Below, piece by piece: positions 13,055 to 22,634 of a DNA stretch of 64,000 nucleotides (positions within the stretch are counted from its first letter, which is position 1; every line of letters starts with the position of its first letter). Position numbers and translations under genes: made by a program. Source of the stretch: an uncultured Chloroflexia bacterium (lineage in GTDB: Bacteria; Chloroflexota; UBA6077; JACCZL01); the NCBI GenBank assembly GCA_963765765.1, contig CAVXYC010000021.1:1-64000 (forward strand), read 5' to 3'. A model generated the notes under the pieces. That model had not been told where the DNA came from, searched no databases, and was given only the letters and a program-made list of their open reading frames with translations.

Positions 13055-14032
13055 CTACCGGTACAGAGCCAGAACCTCCTCAACCTGAGACTCCGTCAGC
13101 GCCCCGCGCTCGGCCCACGAAAGTGACTGTTCGAGCTGCGCCAGATCGGATGAACCGAGCAGCACGGTGGACAAATCGGGCTGAGCCAGGGCTAGCCTCA
13201 GGCTGAGCTCGAGGGGGCTTTCCAGCCCCAGTTTCTGCGCCAGGTCGGCGACTCTGGTAGCGCGGGCAACGTCTGAGTCGAAGTCTCCGCCTGCTACCAT
13301 CGCCCGACCTCCGCCGCCTGCGATCGGATGTCGGGGGGCATTGCCGGCCAGAGCCCCAGCAGCGTAGACCCGTATACCGATCGGCGCGATGCCGCGCTCC
13401 GCGCAGTACGGGATGAGTCCCCTGAAGTCCTGCTGATCGATCCGGGCTAGGTTCCAGCCGCCTGATGGATTCAACGCATTGAAGTAACAATGCGCCGCGT
13501 CCCAGATGCCAAGATCGGCGACCTTTCGGAGATCATCGGTGGACCCCAGGCCGTTGAAGCCAATGAATTGCGTCAAGCCAGCGTCACGCACCGCTGCCAT
13601 GCCATCGGCAATCGGCCCGAGGACTCGCTCTAGGCTCATGCCTCCTTCACCCATCCCGTCAGGATTTCCGACGCGGCCATGAAGCAAGAAGAGATCGACT
13701 CGCTCACGGCCCAGCCGCTTCAGACTTGTCTCTAGATTGGCCCGAATGGTCGTGCCACCGTCCGCGATCTCCGCGTCGGACCGTGTGACCTTGGTCGCCA
13801 CAATCGGGTCAGCTTGTAGGTCTCGGAGTACCTGACCCAGTACCTCTTCTGAACGACCGCGCCCGTAGGAATCGGACGTGTCGAAAAAGTTGACGCCCGC
13901 TTCCAGCGCCCGCTGGACCGCCCGATGCTGCTCGTCGGACTCACCTTTTGTCATGAGCCCGCCCACGTCACCGCAGCCAAACCCAACGGCAGATACCCTC
14001 AGTCCCGTTTTCCCGAGTGGTCGAAGATCCAC
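13055..14032 (-). CDS. aldo/keto reductase
   Basis: LGKTGLRVSAVGFG, FDTSDSYG, IVATK, SLKRL…DLFLLH; GTG start at 14032 with GGAGG RBS. Confidence 0.9.
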   Translation of the reverse strand: MDLRPLGKTGLRVSAVGFGCGDVGGLMTKGESDEQHRAVQRALEAGVNFFDTSDSYGRGRSEEVLGQVLRDLQADPIVATKVTRSDAEIADGGTTIRANLETSLKRLGRERVDLFLLHGRVGNPDGMGEGGMSLERVLGPIADGMAAVRDAGLTQFIGFNGLGSTDDLRKVADLGIWDAAHCYFNALNPSGGWNLARIDQQDFRGLIPYCAERGIAPIGIRVYAAGALAGNAPRHPIAGGGGRAMVAGGDFDSDVARATRVADLAQKLGLESPLELSLRLALAQPDLSTVLLGSSDLAQLEQSLSWAERGALTESQVEEVLALYR

Positions 14033-14171
14033 TTCACTTCCTCCCAGTGATGACAGCCCATGAGCGCGCAAGCTCAGACGGTGTACGATAGCGCGACCCA
14101 CTCATTGTGATGTGATTCGCGCGCACAGCGACGTGCCCGGTGTCCAGCGCGCGATTTCGGAAGGATACGCT

Positions 14172-15104
14172 ATGCAATCCACGACGTTTGGCAAAACTGG
14201 TCTCACTGTTTCACGGCTCTCGATGGGCTGTAATCGTCTCGGCGACGCCGGCGTCGATCCATCCGCCTGGCCGCCTGTCGTGCAGCGCGCACTGGACCTG
14301 GGCGTGACCTTTTTCGATACGGCGAATAGTTACAACAACGGCCGAAGTGAGGAAGTCCTGGCCTCGGTCATTGGCTCCGATCGATCCGATGTGGTCATCG
14401 CAACGAAGGTCGGCATGCCTATGGGCGGCGATAACTGGGCGGGGCGAACGTTTCACGCCGATCGTCTCCGAGGCTGGATCGAGGGAAGCCTCAATCGGCT
14501 GCAACGATCCAGTCTGGACATGTTCATGCTGCATAGCCCATCGGCGGAGCAGCTCGACACCGAAGATTGGGCCGATGCGGTGCTTCCTCTCCGTGAAGAC
14601 GGAACCCTGAAGTCGTGGGGTATTTCCACGCACGATCACGCTTCTGGTATCCGCGCCATCGAGCTCGGTGCTGAGCTGCTTCAGCTCGAGTACGACATTC
14701 TCAATCCTTCAGCCGAGGAAGAGCTTCTCCCCTTGGCACTGAAGAACAACGTCGGCGTGATGCTGCGGACGCCACTCGCTCGGGGCCTGCTGAGCGGGAA
14801 GTTTCGAGCGGGCGAGGAGATAGCGCCGGAGATGCAGTGGCGTCGCCCCAAAGGAGAGCAGCTCCAGAAGCGACTGGACCAGGTGGAGCAGCTTCGATTC
14901 CTGGAGCGCGAGGGCCAGACCATGGCCCAGGCCGCCCTCCGCTGGGCGCTCAAGCACCCCGCTGTCCATTGCGTCATCCCAGGCGCGCGCACGGTGGAGC
15001 AGCTCGAAGCCAACGTCGACGCGATCAACGGCGATCTGCTGCCCGAAGAGTACGATCGGATTACTGACCTGCAGAAGAACTGGAAGTTGGAAGCTGTCGC
15101 ATAG
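14172..15104 (+). CDS. aldo/keto reductase
   Basis: FGKTGLTVSRL, FDTANSY, VIATK, PLARGLL, VIPGART. Confidence 0.9.
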   Translation: MQSTTFGKTGLTVSRLSMGCNRLGDAGVDPSAWPPVVQRALDLGVTFFDTANSYNNGRSEEVLASVIGSDRSDVVIATKVGMPMGGDNWAGRTFHADRLRGWIEGSLNRLQRSSLDMFMLHSPSAEQLDTEDWADAVLPLREDGTLKSWGISTHDHASGIRAIELGAELLQLEYDILNPSAEEELLPLALKNNVGVMLRTPLARGLLSGKFRAGEEIAPEMQWRRPKGEQLQKRLDQVEQLRFLEREGQTMAQAALRWALKHPAVHCVIPGARTVEQLEANVDAINGDLLPEEYDRITDLQKNWKLEAVA

Positions 15105-15134
15105 TGCCACTTCCTTTCCCAAAGGGCGAGGGAG

Positions 15135-16169
15135 TTAAAGCCGCGCGATAATCGCCTCAGTAAATTCCTTCGTAGAAGTCCGACCTCCAAGGTCGCGTGT
15201 GCGGATGCCGGCCTCCAAAACGGTGGACTCAATGGCCCTGCGGATCTGTACGGCCAGTGGGTCGAGGCCCACGTGCTCCAGCATGAGTGTTGCTGCCTGC
15301 AGCAGCGCTACTGGGTTAGCGACGCCTTTTCCAGCAATGTCCGGCGCGGATCCATGAACCGCCTCGAAGATGGCTGCGTCTTCACCGATGTTTGCCCCCG
15401 GTGTCACGCCAAGCCCGCCCACCAGACCAGCCATCTCGTCGCTGAGGATATCGCCGAACAGGTTGGTCGTCACGATGACGTCGAACTGCCAGGGATTGAG
15501 AACGAGTTGCATGGCACAGTTATCAACGATGCGATCGTCGAACTCGATCTGGCCGCTGTACTTGGCACCGACGTCGCGGGCAGCTTCCAAAAAGAGGCCG
15601 GTGAGTGCCTTGAGTACATTGGCTTTGTGGACGATGGTGACACGCTTGCGTCCATGACGCACGGCGAAATCGAATGCGAACTCGGCAATCCGTCGGCTGC
15701 CTGCCCGAGTATTCAAGCCTGATCCAATTGCCACCGCGCGGGGATCGTCATCAATGGGTATGTAGTGCTCATGGCCCACGTAAAGTCCCTCGAGATTCTC
15801 ACGTATAAGCACCAGGTCGATGTTCTCATAGCGTCCGCCGGGAACGACCGTACGCACGGGACGTAGATTGGCGTACAGACTAAATTCTTCGCGGAGGCGG
15901 ACGTTTACCGATCGGTAGCCGTCTCCGATCGGGGTGGTCAAGGGACCTTTTAAGGCCAGGTGCGTGCGGCGGATACTATCCAGCGTATCTTGTGGAAGCG
16001 GGTCATTCGCGGCAGCTAGCCCAGCCATTCCACCCTGGCGTACGTCCCACTCGAATGGGGATCCAAGCTCGTCAAGAATCGCAGTGACCGATTCGACGAT
16101 CTCTGGACCTACGCCATCGCCAGGAATAAGCGTTGCCGGTATCGGCTGCTGCCTGCCCTGAGCTGTCAT
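15135..16169 (-). CDS. isocitrate/isopropylmalate dehydrogenase family (probably NAD-dependent isocitrate dehydrogenase)
   Basis: IPGDGVGPE, YRSVNVRLR, RENLEGLY, HKANVLK, NLFGDILSD, FEAVHGSAPDIAGKGVANP. Confidence 0.9.
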   Translation of the reverse strand: MTAQGRQQPIPATLIPGDGVGPEIVESVTAILDELGSPFEWDVRQGGMAGLAAANDPLPQDTLDSIRRTHLALKGPLTTPIGDGYRSVNVRLREEFSLYANLRPVRTVVPGGRYENIDLVLIRENLEGLYVGHEHYIPIDDDPRAVAIGSGLNTRAGSRRIAEFAFDFAVRHGRKRVTIVHKANVLKALTGLFLEAARDVGAKYSGQIEFDDRIVDNCAMQLVLNPWQFDVIVTTNLFGDILSDEMAGLVGGLGVTPGANIGEDAAIFEAVHGSAPDIAGKGVANPVALLQAATLMLEHVGLDPLAVQIRRAIESTVLEAGIRTRDLGGRTSTKEFTEAIIARL

Positions 16170-16233
16170 CTCCGCACTCCCTGTTTGTAGCTTGAATCTT
16201 CACCGGCTGCGTTTTTTAACCACAATTCTCCTC

Positions 16234-16265
16234 GTCATCCTGGGCCGCGCCGAAGGAGCTTTCCC
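16234..16265. repeat. degenerate half-copy of the GTCATCCTG…GAAGGATCT REP family
   Basis: GTCATCCTGGGCCGCGCCGAAGGAGCTTTCCC resembles the left arm of the element at 63424. Confidence 0.4.
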
Positions 16266-16492
16266 ACTCGTGCTCAAGACTCCGGCGCGGACCTCCGCCT
16301 GCGAGGACCGGGGTACTGAACACAAGCTCGTAGTCAAAGGTCCGCATCACCCTGTCTAAGATTGGGTGTCATGCTCCGTAGGCGCTCATGCTCGATTCTT
16401 CTGGTCAGATACTGGTGGTCCAGTTGGATAATCGGCAAGGTGCGCGACGAAGATAGAGGAAATTCTGAGGGTTCGCGCAGACCGAGTGAGAT

Positions 16493-17365
16493 CTACTCGA
16501 ATACGACGGTCTTGTTGTCGCGGCGCAAAACACGACCGTCGAGATGGAGCCGCACGGCTCTGGCTAGCACGATGCGCTCTAGATCACGCCCTTTTCGTAC
16601 GAAGTCATCGAGGTTGTCACGGTGCGTTACGCGGATGGCGTCCTGCTCGATGATCGGGCCTTCATCCAGTTTCGGCGTGACATAATGCGCGGTTGCGCCG
16701 ATCAGCTTCACGCCTCGTTCAAAGGATTGCTCGTAGGGACGAGCGCCACTAAACGCCGGAAGAAACGAATGATGAATGTTGATCATGCGGCTCTCGTAAC
16801 GAGCCACGAAATCGGCCGTAAGGACCTGCATGTACCGCGCAAGGACGATCAGATCAATACGGAGCTCCTCGAGAAGGGCGAGCTCCCGTGCCTCCTGTGA
16901 CTGCTTGTTCTCCGCTGTGATCGGAAACAGACGGTACGGGACGCAATACCGTGCAGCCAGCGGTTCGAGATCGGGATGATTGCTGATGACGGCGACAATC
17001 TCACACTGCAGCTCGCCCTGCGAATGCCGGTGGAGCAAGTCAATAAGGCAGTGGTCATAGCGTGAGACGAAGATGGCTACGCGAAGCGGAAGGTCGGAGA
17101 AGCGCAGCTCCCAGCTCATGTCCAGAGCATCGGCAATGGGCCTGAAGGCTGCATGAATAGATTCACGGGGAAGGGTGAAATGGGAAAGATCCCATTCCAC
17201 ACGTGAAAGGAACATACCGGTCTGGTTGTCAAGGTGCTGATCGGCAAATAGGATATTGCCGCCGTGCTCGAAGATGAACTCCGAAATACCGTGAACCAGC
17301 CCACGCCGATCGGGGCAGCTCATCAGCAATGTGGCGGATTGCTGATGACTAGGAAGCTCGGCCAT
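16493..17365 (-). CDS. purU: formyltetrahydrofolate deformylase
   Basis: ACT domain (CPDRRGLV), HCLIDLL, LARYMQVL, INIHHSFLPAF, GVKLIGATAHYVT…LDEGPII. Confidence 0.95.
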   Translation of the reverse strand: MAELPSHQQSATLLMSCPDRRGLVHGISEFIFEHGGNILFADQHLDNQTGMFLSRVEWDLSHFTLPRESIHAAFRPIADALDMSWELRFSDLPLRVAIFVSRYDHCLIDLLHRHSQGELQCEIVAVISNHPDLEPLAARYCVPYRLFPITAENKQSQEARELALLEELRIDLIVLARYMQVLTADFVARYESRMINIHHSFLPAFSGARPYEQSFERGVKLIGATAHYVTPKLDEGPIIEQDAIRVTHRDNLDDFVRKGRDLERIVLARAVRLHLDGRVLRRDNKTVVFE

Positions 17366-18891
17366 CGTCACCGCCTGACGCTTGCGTGAGCATCGGCTCG
17401 CGGGAGTCATCGTCCCCGGTCTCGCCCTTCGATGAGCGGACGGCCTCAGTGGGCTTCGGATTTTCAGGGCGTGGACGGCTGTCACGTTCGAGGAAGTAAT
17501 TAATCCATGAGCTTGTTCCGGTGAGCGCGCGATCAGGCGCCGGAACGTACGTCTTGAGCTCCTCAACACGGCCGTTGTCTCTAGCGCGTTCATAGGCGCT
17601 CACCCAGACGCATTGCTTATCCACCACTTCGCATTGGCCGTTAGAGGTTCCGCCGCAGGGGCCGTTTCGAAGCTGCTTGGGACAGGTCTGAGGGCAGACG
17701 TATTCCGTGTAGCTCAAGACACAGTTGCCGCAAGCCTTACACCCGAAGAGCGGCTCTTTGACGGCCATCTCGAGCTGCTCCAGGGCGTGGGCGGCGGATG
17801 GGTGGGAGTCGGCCCAGGTGCTCATCGCTGTTAATCCCTGACGTAGCAGCGTATCCCGATTGGCCGGAAAGAGCGTGCTGCCAGTCTTGAGTAGCCAGGG
17901 CACTGGCTCTGGAGCGCGACGAGTTGAGCTAGATTCGGCTGTCGGCCGATCGTAGAGATAGAAGCCGTGCGGGTCGCCGTAATTCAGCTCTTCGGCAAGA
18001 TCCGGCCACTCAGGAGCAAGCGCATCTGCTCGCCGAACAATCGTCTGGATCTCCACCGGATCGTGTGTACCGCCAATATAGGCGCCTGCATAGCCCAGCC
18101 CACGCAGGATTGCTACCGTCTTCGCGGCGCGTTCGAGGCGGGCCGCGCGTCCCTTATCCGGGGCCGATGATTCCTCCGTAACGGCTTGGAGCAGCTCCGG
18201 TGAGACCCAGCACCCGGGGGGGCTGCCAGTGGCCATGCGCTCCGCCACCCGCTTGCCGAGCACATAGACATTGCCAAACAGTGGGGTAGTGAGACCTCGG
18301 TCATCGAGATACCGTTTGAGCTCGGCAAACTTGCGCGCGTCCCAGCCGACTTGTGTGATCGCCCAGTTAGCGCCCGCCAGGATCTTCTTCTCCAGCTTGA
18401 GATACTGATACATGCAATCCGGCTCGGTGTATTTGAAGGGCGAGACGGCCACTGCGATGTTGAACTCCCGACCCTCCGCACGCATGTCGTCGATAAGCTT
18501 GACGAGCTGAACGGAGTCGAGATCGAACACCGCGGGGTGGGCTGTGTCGTCAGCTTGCGGATAGTCTCCCGTCAAGGCGAACACATTCTCCATGCCCAAC
18601 GCATGAAGGTCGTCCAATGCACGGCGCAACTCCACGCGATCGCGACTGACGCACGTGACGTGCACATTGGGAATCAGTCCGCGCGCACGCGCCGCCGCGG
18701 CGACTCGTAGCGGGTCATGCCCGGTGGCTCCACCGGCATAGCTCGTGATGCTTCCGGCTGACGAGCCCTGGGATCTGAGCAAGTCCCGTCGCTACTTCTA
18801 GCAGGCGCGCCTCACGTGTGAGGCGGCTAGCGACGAGCTCCACGACGTAACTAAAGGTTTTTGTCTCAAGGGCCTCGCGAAGCGGATTCAT
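17349..18891 (-). CDS. metF: methylenetetrahydrofolate reductase (MetF) fused to a C-terminal Cys-rich MTHFR_C/MetV-like domain; one frameshift near 18765
   Basis: ATG at 18891 overlaps the metE TGA and reads MNPLREAL…YVVEL; HVTC, NVFALTGD, KKILAGA, ITQ motifs; C-terminal CKACGNC…CPQTCPKQLRNGPCGG…CEV…CVW. Confidence 0.85.
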
Positions 18892-19889
18892 CCCTGAATC
18901 TCGCGTCGCACGATTTCCGCGCCCTCTACCATGGCGCTCAGCTTGGAAAGAGCAATGCTTGATGGAAGATGAACGAGCCCGCAGTCGGGATTCACGGTGA
19001 GTCGATCCGCCGGCAGTGCTTGCAGCGCTCGGCGGATTCGCTCGGCTACCACCGCGGGTGACTCGACATCGTGCGTCTTGACGTCGATGACGCCGAGGCC
19101 AAGGCGGAGGCTTGACGGAAACTCATTGAACAGGTGCAGGTCCTCGTTGCCGCGACGCGCGAACTCGAGCGTGAGCTGATGTATATGCGCATCCAGGATT
19201 CTGGGAAAGAGGTACTGGTAACTGCCTTCCCAGGAAGGTTTTCCGTAACGATTTCCATAACACACGTGCAGGCTTACACGCGTGTCAATGCCCTCAACCA
19301 GTGCGTTGATCGCCCGAATGCCCCAGTCTAGGTCCTCCGGGAATCCCGAATAGTACGGCTCGTCGATCTGGATCTCGGTGATGCCGACCGTGCCCAGCTC
19401 GCGTAGCTCCAGGTTCATGATCCGGGCGATCTCAATTGCAAAGGCGGCTTCGTCCGCATAGTGCTCGTTGCGAATGCGCTTGACCAGTGAATGTGGTCCG
19501 GTCACCGAGATCTTGGTCTCTTGATCGGTGAACCGGCGCAGGAACTGAGCGTCCTCAACAAGGCCCAATCGGCCGGTTGGCATCGGGGCCCGTACCACGC
19601 TGTCGTAGTAGTCGTAGTATGACTTCTTGGATGCGTGATCGATCTCGACTCCCGGAAGTTTGAGAGCAAAGTAGTCGATCATGTTGTCTCGCCGCAGCTC
19701 GCCGTCCGAGACAACTTCTACTCCGGCGACCTCCTGGTCTTTGATCGCAGACTTCACCGCCGCGTCGTGCATCTCATCCAGGTCAGTCGCGGTGATCCGC
19801 CGTGCAATAAAGTCGTTCTTCGCGCGCTCCAGCCACCCGGGCAAAGAGTAACTTCCGACAACCGCGGTGGGGAGCAAAGTGTGAGCCAT
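18888..19889 (-). CDS. cobalamin-independent methionine synthase, catalytic (core) domain only
   Basis: VVGSY, DGELRR, IQIDEP, Zn ligands HVC, LEF and NPDCG; about 333 aa with no N-terminal folate-binding half. Confidence 0.9.
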   Translation of the reverse strand: MAHTLLPTAVVGSYSLPGWLERAKNDFIARRITATDLDEMHDAAVKSAIKDQEVAGVEVVSDGELRRDNMIDYFALKLPGVEIDHASKKSYYDYYDSVVRAPMPTGRLGLVEDAQFLRRFTDQETKISVTGPHSLVKRIRNEHYADEAAFAIEIARIMNLELRELGTVGITEIQIDEPYYSGFPEDLDWGIRAINALVEGIDTRVSLHVCYGNRYGKPSWEGSYQYLFPRILDAHIHQLTLEFARRGNEDLHLFNEFPSSLRLGLGVIDVKTHDVESPAVVAERIRRALQALPADRLTVNPDCGLVHLPSSIALSKLSAMVEGAEIVRREIQG

Positions 19890-19898
19890 GGTCAATCC

Positions 19899-21344
19899 TT
19901 AGTCACGTGGCGTGGTGTAGAGGATCGTGGTGCGGGAGTTAGCCCGGTAGTGAAATGGTGCGAAGTGCACGTCGTACCCAGCCCGAGCTGCCACCGCTCG
20001 TAGCAACGCTCCATTGACCCAGCTCAGCACGGATCCGTCCATCTTGCCCGGCCCACGGAACCCTGACCGATACTCGGCCATGGTGGGCACGAAGATGTCC
20101 TGCACCTGGAGATAGCCGCGCGGATGAAGCAGTGGCAGCGTATTGAGGAAACTCTGGGCAGCGCCATTGGACAACTGAAATCGGACGTCGTCCGGAGCTT
20201 CTTCAAGCAGATCCTCAAGATGATAGGAAGTGAGCCCGGGCGGTAGTGGCACGTCCGCGACACCGTCCACTCGTCGAAGGCGCTCCTCCAGTCGGATACC
20301 CTCCCAGAGCTCGCGCCAGAATTGGACGCCTCTTGTGCGGTCACCCATGAATGTAGGGCCCGCCTCCAGCAGGCTTTCCATGGCCTGAGCGATGTCACTC
20401 ACTGGCATGCCGAACGTCTCAGAGATGTGTGCCGCGGTTGCAGCGGGGAGGTAAGGGCGTACTTCCACCAGATATAGATGGCCATCGCGCCGCGCAAGCT
20501 CGTCCGCCGGCAGATTGTCGTAGACATTCGTAAGGTGGATCGAAAGGACCTTGTAGCGCAGAAACGAGAGCGAGCGCATCGGGTTTGTGGCGTCCATGGC
20601 GATAGTATTTACCGCGTCGCGATGCCGTTCCAGCATGGTGGCCGCGCTCTCCAGGGTTGCAAGCGCGTAGTCGCCCAGCAGGAAGTGGAGTCTCTGGTAG
20701 TACCCGGTGCCCCGATCATCGTCGAGCTTCTTGAATTGGTCCAGCCACATGGCAGCGCGATTGCCCGTGCCCACTCCTATCTCGAGCGCGAAGATCTGCT
20801 CGGGGAGCTGGTGGTGCCGCTCGAGATCAACGAGCAGCGTCCAGAAGTCCGCCACGGCGTCGATTATGGATGCGTCTTCATTGGCGTCGGACTGTCCACC
20901 CGGCAAGGCGGCTTCGAAGCCTTTGCCGGACGCGCTTTCCCAGTCCGCCAGACGTGTCCAGAAAAGCTGGTTGAATCGCCAGATCAGACTTTGACTGTGG
21001 GTCGTGAAGTCGCCCAGGATGAGGCGGTCGTCCGCAACAGCGCGTCCATCTGTGAGGTGCATGACCGTGTCTCGTAGCATCTCGCGGGAACCCACGGACT
21101 GAAACTGCCGCAAATCCACCGCTAGCTCAGCAAGGGGAAGCGGTGCACCTTCAGGATCGATCCCGTGTCGGACGATCAGCGGTTCACGGAAATTGGACTT
21201 GTACTGAACCCAGTCGAGATGAACCTGAAGATCGTCCAGCGCATCACCGGCGAGCCCATCGTCCAGCAACCCAAGGAGCTGTGTGACCAGCTCACCGGCG
21301 ACGGCACCACGGGCTTGCGGAAGGTAGTTGATATTGAGGTGCAT
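19899..21344 (-). CDS. class I SAM-dependent methyltransferase-like protein, MidA/NDUFAF7-like, with an unknown N-terminal region
   Basis: LEIGVGTG (motif I), LLGDY (motif II), TNVYDNLP (compare NE-x-DALP), GYLQVQD, WVNG. Confidence 0.65.
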   Translation of the reverse strand: MHLNINYLPQARGAVAGELVTQLLGLLDDGLAGDALDDLQVHLDWVQYKSNFREPLIVRHGIDPEGAPLPLAELAVDLRQFQSVGSREMLRDTVMHLTDGRAVADDRLILGDFTTHSQSLIWRFNQLFWTRLADWESASGKGFEAALPGGQSDANEDASIIDAVADFWTLLVDLERHHQLPEQIFALEIGVGTGNRAAMWLDQFKKLDDDRGTGYYQRLHFLLGDYALATLESAATMLERHRDAVNTIAMDATNPMRSLSFLRYKVLSIHLTNVYDNLPADELARRDGHLYLVEVRPYLPAATAAHISETFGMPVSDIAQAMESLLEAGPTFMGDRTRGVQFWRELWEGIRLEERLRRVDGVADVPLPPGLTSYHLEDLLEEAPDDVRFQLSNGAAQSFLNTLPLLHPRGYLQVQDIFVPTMAEYRSGFRGPGKMDGSVLSWVNGALLRAVAARAGYDVHFAPFHYRANSRTTILYTTPRD

Positions 21345-21624
21345 GGACTACGAATGCCTCGACCTGCCCACTGAATCGTTCGAGCTCGCGACTGGAGCCC
21401 TTGAGGCGCGTGCGTGTCCACGCCTCAAGAGATTGTATGTCCCGTCCTGGCGCGCTTGAACGCATTCTTTGCGCCATTGTTGGAGGACAATTGGAGGTTA
21501 GTTGGAGGGTGTGGGACCTGGATCCGAAATTGCCCTTGAACTAGGTTCTTTCTCCCTGAAGCATTTGGGACGCATGGTCGCGGGCTTGATGTCTCGGGTA
21601 CTGTGGTCTACGGGAGGAAGCCTC

Positions 21625-22557
21625 ATGCAGCATATTGAGCCAGGTGACGCGGCGCATCGTGCCTATGTCATTGGTCCTTACCAGGAGCCAAGCGCGACCG
21701 TGGACGATGGCGAGACATTCCAGATCTCCACATTAGACGCGTTCTCCAACGTCATCGAATCGCCTAACGTGGACCTCGCTCAGGTGCTCAAGTTCCCGTA
21801 CCTCAATCCGTGCACGGGGCCGATCTACGTGCGTGGCGCTGAGCCGGGTGACACCCTGACAGTGGAGGTGATCGATATCAAGATGGCGCGCGATTACGCC
21901 GTGAGCGCGATCATTCCCGAGTTTGGCGGACTGTGTGGAACGCCTTTCACGCGCGTTCTGAATATGCCGCTCGAGCAGCGTATTCTGCTGCATCAGATCA
22001 CGGCTGAGGGAGTCATCCACGATCCGACTCTCAAGATCCCGCCGATTCCAGTGGAGGCGTTTTACGGAACGATGGGCACCTCCCCGATGATCGAGGCGAT
22101 CTCCACGCTCTCCCCGGGCTTTCACGGGGGAAACATGGACGCGGCAGACGTCTGCCCCGGCAATACCGTGTACCTGCCCGTGCAGGTGCCGGGCGCGCTG
22201 CTCTTCGTTGGCGATGGCCACGCGGCGCAGGGTGACGCTGAGGTGTGTGGTGTAGCCGCCGAGGTGCCAACGTTGGGAACGCTTCGAGTGAGCGTGATCA
22301 AGAATCGGGTCACGGCTACACCGAGAATCGAGAACTCGGAATTCGTGATGTCTGTTGGTAGCGCTCGGCCTATGGAAGACGCAGCGAGAATCGCGTTTTA
22401 CGACCTGACCACGTGGCTCTCCACTGACTACGGATTTGAGCGAATGGCTGCCTATCAGCTCTGCTCACAAGTAGCCCGCGTACGCGTGGCCAACATGGTG
22501 GACACGCTTTACTCGATAGTGGCCAAGTTTCCGAAACGGTACCTGCCGGCGACGTAG
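21625..22557 (+). CDS. acetamidase/formamidase family protein
   Basis: NPCTGPIYVRGAEPGD, HGGNMD, GDGHAAQGDAEVCG…E; GGAGG RBS. Confidence 0.9.
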   Translation: MQHIEPGDAAHRAYVIGPYQEPSATVDDGETFQISTLDAFSNVIESPNVDLAQVLKFPYLNPCTGPIYVRGAEPGDTLTVEVIDIKMARDYAVSAIIPEFGGLCGTPFTRVLNMPLEQRILLHQITAEGVIHDPTLKIPPIPVEAFYGTMGTSPMIEAISTLSPGFHGGNMDAADVCPGNTVYLPVQVPGALLFVGDGHAAQGDAEVCGVAAEVPTLGTLRVSVIKNRVTATPRIENSEFVMSVGSARPMEDAARIAFYDLTTWLSTDYGFERMAAYQLCSQVARVRVANMVDTLYSIVAKFPKRYLPAT

Positions 22558-22562
22558 AGAAT

Positions 22563-22632
22563 GGACCCAGAGGACAGCAGGGACATAAGGGACTCTGACA
22601 CGGTCCCCAATGCCGCTGCTGTCTTACGGTCC
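22563..22632. repeat. 9-nt periodic GGAC repeats followed by their inverse; putative bidirectional terminator
   Basis: GGACCCAGA GGACAGCAG GGACATAAG GGACTC … GTCCCCAAT GCCGCTGCT GTCTTACG GTCC between convergent genes. Confidence 0.5.
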
Positions 22633-22634
22633 GC

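Noticed and set aside
21345-21480. SAM/SAH riboswitch upstream of the methionine operon
   Set aside because: There is a hairpin (CTTGAGGCG…CGCCTCAAG), but I cannot find SAM-I, SAM-II or SAH consensus elements, and the region may be coding. An Rfam scan would settle it.
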